NCBI GenBank assembly: GCA_002502215.1
Contig: DAPT01000102.1
Coordinates: forward strand, 1 to 53,792
Reading direction: 5' to 3'
DNA: 53,792 nucleotides
Source of the DNA: Euryarchaeota archaeon UBA124
GTDB lineage: Archaea; Thermoplasmatota; Poseidoniia; Poseidoniales; Poseidoniaceae
The translations under genes were made by a program, and so were the position numbers. The notes under the pieces were generated by a model, which saw only the letters and a program-made list of their open reading frames with translations, made no database searches and was not told the origin of the DNA. This document shows, one piece after another, positions 23,928 through 32,300 of the stretch (its first letter is position 1; every line of letters begins with the position of its first letter).

Positions 23928-24856
23928 AGAAGCCCGTCTTCGAGCGAGGTCTCAGCCTTCCATTGCAACGCATTTTCGACCTCCGAAAGATTCGGAAGAC
24001 GTCGCTTTGAGTCGCCTGGATATCCTTCGCTAAAGTCGACAGAGACGATCTGGCCGGTTTCTTGTTCGATAAGTCTGGCTATGCGTTTTGCAAGTTCAGA
24101 CATTGAAATTTCATCCTCAGAACCCAGATTAACACACATCCCTGCAGCATCGTTCTTCAAGCCTGAAGCCAACATACCCTGGACGAGATCATCGATGTAG
24201 GTCAGTGAACGTGTTTGAGAGCCATCCCCGTGTACTGAAATGACGCCGTCCTGAAGCGCTGAATTGATCATCATTGCAACAACCTGGCCGTATTCATTTC
24301 CTAACAATCGAGGACCGTATCCATTGAAAGGACGAACAATTCGAGCATCTATGCCGTTGCGAACAGCATGATGAACAGCAAGTTCCCCTAGATATTTGCT
24401 CGCACCATAGGCATGTCTCTGATGGTGATGCGAGGCTGAGAACACAGCAGGTTCATCGCCACCAAGTGGCATTTTTTCGGATTCCCCATACGCTTCTGGA
24501 GATGAGGTGAACACATATCGGCAGTCATGATCTTCAGCAAATTCCAGTGAACGAAGCGTCGAATTTATGTTAACATCCATAACAAGCCGAGATTTCTCAT
24601 GAAACCACTTTGTTCCATTTATTGCGGCCAAGTGATAGACAACGTCAATCGAATGCGGGTCAGCAATGCTAGCATAGGACGAAGGTAAACAGGCGTCTGC
24701 CTCAATCAATGAAATCCGATCGAGAACGGCATGTAAATTCCCCTTTTCCCCTCTCCAAAGATTGTCTAGGACTACGACGTCATGTCCAAGGTCCACGAGA
24801 GACTCAACCAAACTTGAGCCAAGAAATCCTGCTCCTCCTGTTACAAGGAAACGCAT
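23903..24856 (-). CDS. NAD-dependent nucleotide-sugar epimerase/dehydratase (extended SDR)
   Basis: Rossmann motif VTGGAGFLGSSL and catalytic YGASK (YxxxK). ATG 24856 (MRFLVTGG) lies 4 nt after the AcnX stop. Confidence 0.9.
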   Translation of the reverse strand: MRFLVTGGAGFLGSSLVESLVDLGHDVVVLDNLWRGEKGNLHAVLDRISLIEADACLPSSYASIADPHSIDVVYHLAAINGTKWFHEKSRLVMDVNINSTLRSLEFAEDHDCRYVFTSSPEAYGESEKMPLGGDEPAVFSASHHHQRHAYGASKYLGELAVHHAVRNGIDARIVRPFNGYGPRLLGNEYGQVVAMMINSALQDGVISVHGDGSQTRSLTYIDDLVQGMLASGLKNDAAGMCVNLGSEDEISMSELAKRIARLIEQETGQIVSVDFSEGYPGDSKRRLPNLSEVENALQWKAETSLEDGLLQTLRSML

Positions 24857-24860
24857 TGAC

Positions 24861-26597
24861 TCACGCCCGTTCAATGACTTCGATGGAGACGTTTTCTTGT
24901 TCACGCTTGAAGCGAATTCGGTCACCATCGTTGATAATCATGCACGGATCTTCATCAAAACCGTGGCCGTATGGAACGTTCAACAAAGAACAAGCAGGGA
25001 GCGTGAGTGGACACACATCACGGTTGATGACAGCGAGGGGTCCTTTGTTCTCGTACAATAAACCCATCAGTACGTACGGTGCGACCGTCGATCCAGATCC
25101 TTTTGGATAGATCAAGATTGTATTTTCAATCGCTCGTCCATCCAAAGGATGACCTGGTTCTTCGACGACACCCGTGTCCCTGTTTACATAGCCCAAATAG
25201 GTGATCGGCACATCCGTGACCATTGCTGTTCCTTCAATCGAGAAATCCCCTTGTGAACTTAATCCAGACCCAGCAATGCTCTTCAGACCTGTTTGATGCG
25301 TCTTTGAGCTTTTCTGACCTCCGTGAGAAGCTTGGGTGAGGCTAGGGGTTGGGCCCTTGGCAAGGTGGGGGTCGATTGCATGCCTCACGCATTCCTGTAT
25401 CGAAGCCACACTGGTTGGTATACGATTCAGCCCGCTCGTGAGATAATGCTCTGCTTTCATTGAGTTGGTGAGCAAGTGATTGTACTTTTCTCGGTTGTAA
25501 GGAGTCACCTCAGGACATGTATCAACAAGGACGAGCGAACCTGCTTCTTCCAATATTGAAATCGTCCCATCGGCTTCTGCGAGTGCATAATTTTCCTGGC
25601 TTGTAAAAACCCAGAGACGTTGATTTGGAACGGATTCACCAAACTCCATGTGCGTTCGTAACGCTGCTGCGGTTGTACGCATCTCTTCCAAACTTGCTTG
25701 CGGGCAACCAATTACAACCAAATCTACCTGTCCTCGTGGGCGAAGTTCTTGATAGCGTTCATCGAGATCTTCTTTTGTAAAGGTAAGAACACCTTGCCAA
25801 TCGATGGAATCTTCTGGGGGCTCTGTATGCCCGTCAACCCACATCATTGGTGTACCATAATTCGCCGCTGCTGCGGTCAAGGCCTTTTTGCGAGCAAAAG
25901 AAACGTAGTCGTCTAAGCCCTGTATGAACGGCATTGGGCCAAATGGAAGGTCCCATTCCGGTTTGGCATTCTTTCCAATCCAATCTCCAAGTATGGAATA
26001 GTCCGAGAGCGTCTCAAGTTCGCACTCGACAACCACTCGGATGTTCGGTTTTCGATTCGATTCAAGATGCAGTCCCCATGCAGGTGCAAATCCAGTCAAT
26101 GCAGTTGCAAGAGCACTCAGACCCGATTCTCGGTTCGTAATCAGCGATGTCCAGGTGTTCGAATAGCAAACGGCATTGGATTCTGCCCAAGAAGCAACCT
26201 CACCCTCGATCTGAATTCCACGATCGTATGGCGTGCATGACAAAGTTGCTTCAATCCCAAGTCGGTCATATGCTTGGACAATTTCGAATTGTTGCTCTAG
26301 AAAATCCGGCCAAAGAATCTCCATCTCTTCCATTTTCTGGCGATCACATCCTGCCGAATTGAGGGTCGTTGGAATCACAACGGTTCCAGTTTCATCCCCA
26401 CTAAGGTCATTGAGGAAAGTACGCAACCCGTGTCCACCGGTGATAACTGAAACACCGGAAACATGGGCATGGTCGACTGCAACAAACGACTCTGCCTTTG
26501 CGACTCGAGCAAGGTCAACGACAAGACGCGCAGCCTTTTGACGCGTGGGTCCTTCCTTTCCTTCCAACTGCTCAGCCAAGCGCTTGGGAAGTTCCAT
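24861..26597 (-). CDS. Aconitase X family protein, single-chain fusion of large (DUF521) and small/swivel (DUF126) modules
   Basis: N-terminal part: VAVDHAHVSGVS...TTLNSAGCD...LSCTPYDRG, typical of DUF521/AcnX. C-terminal part: GTAMVTDVPITYLGYVNRDTGVV...GRAIENTILIYPKGSGSTVAPYVL...GPLAVIN, typical of DUF126. The two are joined by a low-complexity linker at about nt 25246..25374. Start ATG 26597 (MELPKRLAEQLEG) or 26624. Confidence 0.85.
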   Translation of the reverse strand: MELPKRLAEQLEGKEGPTRQKAARLVVDLARVAKAESFVAVDHAHVSGVSVITGGHGLRTFLNDLSGDETGTVVIPTTLNSAGCDRQKMEEMEILWPDFLEQQFEIVQAYDRLGIEATLSCTPYDRGIQIEGEVASWAESNAVCYSNTWTSLITNRESGLSALATALTGFAPAWGLHLESNRKPNIRVVVECELETLSDYSILGDWIGKNAKPEWDLPFGPMPFIQGLDDYVSFARKKALTAAAANYGTPMMWVDGHTEPPEDSIDWQGVLTFTKEDLDERYQELRPRGQVDLVVIGCPQASLEEMRTTAAALRTHMEFGESVPNQRLWVFTSQENYALAEADGTISILEEAGSLVLVDTCPEVTPYNREKYNHLLTNSMKAEHYLTSGLNRIPTSVASIQECVRHAIDPHLAKGPTPSLTQASHGGQKSSKTHQTGLKSIAGSGLSSQGDFSIEGTAMVTDVPITYLGYVNRDTGVVEEPGHPLDGRAIENTILIYPKGSGSTVAPYVLMGLLYENKGPLAVINRDVCPLTLPACSLLNVPYGHGFDEDPCMIINDGDRIRFKREQENVSIEVIERA

Positions 26598-26721
26598 GAA
26601 CAATCCCAAACATTGGGGCTTCATCAAGACTCGTGTTCTCAACCGATGGTTTTGATACGGTTGACGTCGCTCCAGCAATTATGTCCTCTACTGAGAACAA
26701 CACACAAGGAGCCCGCCGTGA

Positions 26722-27564
26722 TCAATGGATGGTTTGGGATTGATGGCGATCGATGCAATACGAGCATGATTCACCTGGAACGTATGCAGGATGCAACTGC
26801 TCCTTTGGCGTGAGGGGTTCGCGACAAGCAAAACAAATCGTTGTCCCCGTTTCAGTTAGGTTTGGAAGAAGAGCAACCCGTTTGTCAAACACAAAGCATT
26901 CACCGTCCCAGTAATCGCCACCTACCTGTTCAAAGTATCCGAGAATACCGCCCTCGAGTTGCTTAATGTTGGTAAAACCAGCATCCTTCATGATTACGCT
27001 GGCTTTCTCACACCGCACTCCGCCGGTACAGAACATGACAATTTCTTTGTCCTTGTATTCCTCACCAAGTTTAGCAACTGCTTCTGGGAAAGACCGGAAG
27101 GTATCGAGGTCCAATTCGATGGCGTTCTGGAAGGTACCAAGTCGTGTTTCATAGGTGTTACGCGTATCGAGGAGAACAAGGTCATCGTCGTTGAGCAGCC
27201 TCTCGTGAAGTTCTTGCGGCCGAATGCGTCCATCCTCCGGTTCAATTCGATCAAAGTTGGGCAGACCCACGGAAATGATTTCATTCTTCAAACGTACATT
27301 CATTCGATTAAATGGTTGGTGTTCTGAATAGGACTGCTTAAACTCAATGTCAGCAAATCGCTCATCGTTCAGAAGACTCGTTCGAAAGGCATTGATGTTT
27401 TCTTCAGGACCTGCGATGAAGATGTTGATTCCTTCAAAACTGAGAAGGATTGTTCCTCTCAACCCAAGTTCGTCGCATTGTTGTTTCAAGGGTTGACGCA
27501 AAGCATCTCGATCGGGAAGTACAACGAATTTGTACCCCGCGATGTTGAGATGTTGGTTCGTCAT
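26722..27564 (-). CDS. trhO: Rhodanese-domain protein of the YceA/TrhO (UPF0176) family
   Basis: N-terminal IAGYKFVVL...GTILLSFEGIN, rhodanese core LLDTRNTYE...FCTGGVRCEKAS (active-site Cys loop), and a C-terminal Cys-rich tail CFACRE...CSYC. Confidence 0.85.
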   Translation of the reverse strand: MTNQHLNIAGYKFVVLPDRDALRQPLKQQCDELGLRGTILLSFEGINIFIAGPEENINAFRTSLLNDERFADIEFKQSYSEHQPFNRMNVRLKNEIISVGLPNFDRIEPEDGRIRPQELHERLLNDDDLVLLDTRNTYETRLGTFQNAIELDLDTFRSFPEAVAKLGEEYKDKEIVMFCTGGVRCEKASVIMKDAGFTNIKQLEGGILGYFEQVGGDYWDGECFVFDKRVALLPNLTETGTTICFACREPLTPKEQLHPAYVPGESCSYCIDRHQSQTIH

Positions 27565-27601
27565 GATGCTTCGTTAACCATCATGCTCTTATGTTCATCG
27601 A

Positions 27602-29383
27602 TTAGCGACGCCAATCATGTTTGCTGGCAAGTGGATGTCGCCAGCCTTGACCAAATGCTCGTGATGAGACACGAGGTGCTGGCGACATCTGCCAACGTTT
27701 GTGTTCATTGGCTTCGAGGCGTTGCAAGACGGACACAACCGTTTCATAATCAAAGCCAAGTTTAGCGATTGTTTCTGCACCAAGTCCTTTTTCGATGTGG
27801 TTTTTGAGAATCTCATCAAGTGTTTCGTACGGTGGAAGCGTGTCGTCATCTCGTTGGTCTGGAGCAAGTTCCGCAGAGGGTGGCTTGGTCATGGTCGAGG
27901 TGTTCACAGGAGGTTTCTGTTGGCGTTCAAGAGCACGACGGTTAAACACTTCAGCGAGTCCGTAGACTTCCATTTTGTAGACGTCTCCCAAAGGAGTGTA
28001 TCCCCCTGCCATATCACCGTACAGTGTACAGTATCCTTGAGCGAGTTCTGATTTGTTTCCAGTTGCAATAGCCATTCGTCCCTGCGCATTTGCATGTGCC
28101 ATTACAAGAATTCCGCGTAGACGTGATTGAATGTTCTCCGCAGCGACTTTGGAACCTTCCTCAAGCATTTGTTCGAGGTGTTGTTCAATCCCCGAGTGAT
28201 GGGAATCAATCGAAATCGTAGCATACTCCATTCCGAGGGCTTCCGCGGTGTACTTTGCATCATCCATGGAATGCTGAGATGAAAAACGGGAGGGCATCGA
28301 TATTCCCAGAACATTTTCTGGCCCGACAGCTTCTGCGGCTACACATGCCGCAACCGCAGAGTCAATGCCGCCGCTTAATCCCAGAACGATTTGTTCAATC
28401 CCTGATTTCTGACAATAATCACGCAGTCCAATGATGACTGCGTCGGCGAGTTCTTCAAGAACATCCTCACGCTCATTCCCAATTCCGTCGGGCGAGAAGT
28501 GTTTGACTTCACCTTCTTTGGATTCCATTGAAATCCAAGTCGTCGCTTGTGGATCGTTGATGTCGACAAGAAGGATGCCTTCTTGCCATGACGGGGCGAC
28601 AACCACATCGCCGGATGGCCATGCTGCGAGTGAACGACCGTCGAAAAGGAGGTCATCGTTACCGCCTATTTGATTTGAGAGAAGAAAGGGGTGCCCGAGG
28701 GTTTTAGCTGCTGTTCGGGCTACGTGAAGACGGGTCTGAATTTTGTTTGAGTGGTAGGGCGATGCAGAAAGGTTCACCGTTGCATCAAGATTGACACCTT
28801 GACGGCCCCATTCTGCCAATTGTTCGATGGGATCTGCATCGTATTCGGATGGAGTCTCTCCAGCGATTTGCCAAGCATCCTCACAAACCGTTACCCCCAA
28901 CTCGAGGGGTGACAAGAGTGTACGGGCAATCCCAGGCCGGTCGTCCGAGTCGAAGTAACGGGCCTCATCAAAAACATCGTAAGTAGGGAGCAATTGCTTT
29001 CTCGCAACAATTTTCACTGGCGCTTTGTTTCCAAGAAGAGCAACTCCATTGCCTGGTTTTCCACGGTCATGGTCCGGAATTGTAGGCGTTCCAATCAACG
29101 ACGGAATCTCAACATCGAGTTCCCATACTGCGTGTTGTGCAATCTCGACAAAATTTGATTGCATCAACAAATCGCGAGGAGGATATCCACAAATGGCTAA
29201 TTCTGTACTGACGGTTGCAACCGCTCCAGAAGCGGCCGCAGTTCGAATAAATCGTTCAAGACGTTGCGCATTTCCGGCGATGTCGCCCACGGTTGGGTTG
29301 AGTTGAAGCAGTGCAATGATGCTCCCATCTTGCTCGCCCATGACCATCCCACGTGGTCGGGTTTCATAGAAATGATGCATCAT
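27602..29383 (-). CDS. nadE: Glutamine-dependent NAD+ synthetase (CN-hydrolase domain + PP-loop synthetase domain)
   Basis: N-terminal nitrilase-like domain (IALLQLNPTVGDIAGN, VCEDAW) and C-terminal PP-loop LGLSGGIDSAV. Start ambiguous: ATG 29383 overlaps the upstream stop as ATGA. ATG 29347 or 29341 would fit family N-termini better. Confidence 0.92.
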   Translation of the reverse strand: MMHHFYETRPRGMVMGEQDGSIIALLQLNPTVGDIAGNAQRLERFIRTAAASGAVATVSTELAICGYPPRDLLMQSNFVEIAQHAVWELDVEIPSLIGTPTIPDHDRGKPGNGVALLGNKAPVKIVARKQLLPTYDVFDEARYFDSDDRPGIARTLLSPLELGVTVCEDAWQIAGETPSEYDADPIEQLAEWGRQGVNLDATVNLSASPYHSNKIQTRLHVARTAAKTLGHPFLLSNQIGGNDDLLFDGRSLAAWPSGDVVVAPSWQEGILLVDINDPQATTWISMESKEGEVKHFSPDGIGNEREDVLEELADAVIIGLRDYCQKSGIEQIVLGLSGGIDSAVAACVAAEAVGPENVLGISMPSRFSSQHSMDDAKYTAEALGMEYATISIDSHHSGIEQHLEQMLEEGSKVAAENIQSRLRGILVMAHANAQGRMAIATGNKSELAQGYCTLYGDMAGGYTPLGDVYKMEVYGLAEVFNRRALERQQKPPVNTSTMTKPPSAELAPDQRDDDTLPPYETLDEILKNHIEKGLGAETIAKLGFDYETVVSVLQRLEANEHKRWQMSPAPRVSSRAFGQGWRHPLASKHDWRR

Positions 29384-32300
29384 TTGTATTGCAGGATTTC
29401 GCCGTTTGCATCTTTGTACCACCAGCTACCGTCTTGTTGATTTTGCCACCACCAAATACCATCGGAACCTTGCGTCCAACCATCAGCAGTTGTTGCTTGA
29501 GCGGTTGATGCAGGCTGAACGCTTGCGGTTTCGACCGGTGCTGAGTCGTTGATTGGTTCATTCAAGGCCAGATCGTCATCTTCATCGACGTAATCGTCCT
29601 CATCTTCGTCAAGATAGTCTGAATATTCGTCCCACTCGTATTCAGATTTTGCACCTCGGCGCACCGTTGCATTGCGGGCCATCAGCAGCAAAGCGAGAAT
29701 GATTGAGAGGCCGAGGAGTGCACCAATCGCTCCGAGGACTGGGTTCACATCCCCAAACACTGCCTCGGTGAAGGAGGGGTCACTTTGCGGACGAACATCG
29801 ACCGACGGACCGTTACCGGTTGCACCGCTATCAAGAACAACTTCAATCCACTGCAACCCTTCTTGCTCTGGAGCCCAATCGATGAGAATTGTGCCGACGC
29901 CACCTTCTGCAACGTCGACTTCGGTCTGACGCAGGATTTCAGATGTACCGTCTGCACGAACAATGGAGATGGTTGCAGCACTGGTTCCGTCCAAGGTACC
30001 GACGTTCTTTACAAAGATCTGCACGGCAGTTGAATCACCGGTTTGGAGATTCAATCGAGAGTATTCCATGGCTGGCGTTTCCAGTTCAAATTTCGGTTGT
30101 CGCCATTCCATTAACCAAGAAGTAACGGCGTTCCCTGCTGATTGCCCTTCTCCTCCAAGAACAAGGTTTCCTGCAAGGTCTCGGCCTTCAATGAGCACAT
30201 AGACAGTAAATCGATCAATGAGCATATCATCGGTGATAACACTCAAATCCATGGTACCTGTTCCGATAAGATTCAGGCCACTGATTTCCGTTCCTTGCAG
30301 AAGGAATAGGCTGTCACCTCCACGGATGAACTCACCTGTTACGGTGTCTTCGACCCACCAAGCAAGCCGTAGAGATTCAAAATCGATTCCTCCTTCCTCA
30401 GAAAGTACAATGGTTACTTGGTGTTCTTCTGCTGAAAGAACCGACCCAGGACGAGGCGTCTGCACTTCTTGCGGCTCTGGACCAAGCCCATCAACAATCA
30501 TCCATTTGACTGAGGATTCTTTCTCCGTTGCATCCACACCTTGAGGAGGTAAACATCCAACCGACCATGTAAGTGGAATGGTTCCTGATGTTGGTGGCGA
30601 TTGAAGTTCAACGTTCCAAATACCATCGTAGGTCTCAGCCGTGTAGGTTTGTCCTGCAAACATTACATCCACACTGCAATTGAAGTTGGGTATGGTTTCG
30701 GTTGTTTCAAACATCAAACCGCCGGTCAACTCGAACGGTGAGGTTGGAGGCAACCTTGCCCCGTCTTCAAGAACCGTTCCTTGCGTAAGAACCAACGAGA
30801 CTGATTCTTGAGGAATCATCAACGCAGGGGAGAATCGCCAGCGTAAAGCGGGGAAGGTCTGGAGGACTTCTTGTCCGGCTCGGTCGATAATTTTGACACT
30901 AGGCTCTCGGAACGTTTCGCCGAGATCCGGTGTTGTCCAAGCCAACTCCAGCTCTGTTACCAATCTTGTCTCCTTTTCATATGGTCCAGCTGTGGTTCCA
31001 TCCAGTGCGAGCATATTGCAGTCATGGATGATGAGATGAATGCTGTTTGAAACACACGAATCGGTTCTGAAATCCCACGTAAAGGAGAGCGGTGAAGTCA
31101 AACTATTCGATGCAAGTTGAATTTCGACCGTGGTTAAATCCGATGCACCGTTTGGCTCGGTCATGTCAACACGCATCGTGTATGCTTGGCTTGGGTGGAG
31201 CCACGGCTTCGCCCCACCATTCCACGACATTGCAGTTGCGGACAGAGTTGGAGGGCCGTCCGGACCAATTTGATACATGAATAAGTGTTCACCATCTTCA
31301 CCTGTGCCTGCGTCTTCCAGGGCCTGTCCAGAAGCATCTGAACCGACCAAGTATCCTGCGACCTTCTGGCCCTGCGACCCCATCGAGTCATCAAATAAGA
31401 GTGTGTAGAGACCGGTTGAGAGGCTCATATCAGTTGGAATGATGAGCGAACGGGGTTTGTATTCATCCGCACTTGGCCATCCGTTAAGATCAACATCGTC
31501 CAGCCATTCTCTCCACAACATGACCTGAACGTCCGATGGAAGCAGCACTGGATCAAGAATCTGGAACTGAACTGTTTGGCTCGTCGATGCGAGTCGGTGG
31601 TCGTACCATTCGACGGACGTTGCGATGACAGCCGGTGCCGTTGGATCGATCTTGAACGTTCGAGTGTACTCTGATTCCTCAACGATATCACCGCCGTTGA
31701 GGGGGAGGACACGAACAGTCCATGTCAAATCTCCGAAGGAGTATGGTGCAACGTCAGAAATATTCCACGTATCAACATCGAGACTTGTCGTGTTGGCGAC
31801 CATTGTACTTCCTTGCCAAAGTTGAACCTCAGCATCTCCATCAGCAAACGCATCGATTCCCTCAACACCTTCGTAGCCAACATCGATTGAGAAATTCAAT
31901 CCTCCACCCGCGGCAAGATATTCTGTTGATGGGTCAATAAGTCCGTTGTCATCGCTAATTTCAACAGATTTGATGACCAAATCGTTCTCGAAGGCTTGTC
32001 CACCACCGACACCACTCCACATGTATTGACCAGGCCGAGAAATGACATCGTTGTCAAGGACAACACGCATTTTAGCTGTCAACAAATCCTCATCATCCCA
32101 CCCTTGTTCAACTCGGAATTTTACGGTAATGTCGCTCACAGTTGCCGAGACTGTTGCGATGCTGAGTGACTCTGTAGGATGGAGCTCCACCAACGAGCTA
32201 TCACCTTGGCCGAGCGCAGCGCCACCGCCTGTTGGTTGGAGCCAAGTAGCGTGGTTGTTTTGGCCTTGTACGTCCAATCGGACCAAGGAGATTGAGCGTG

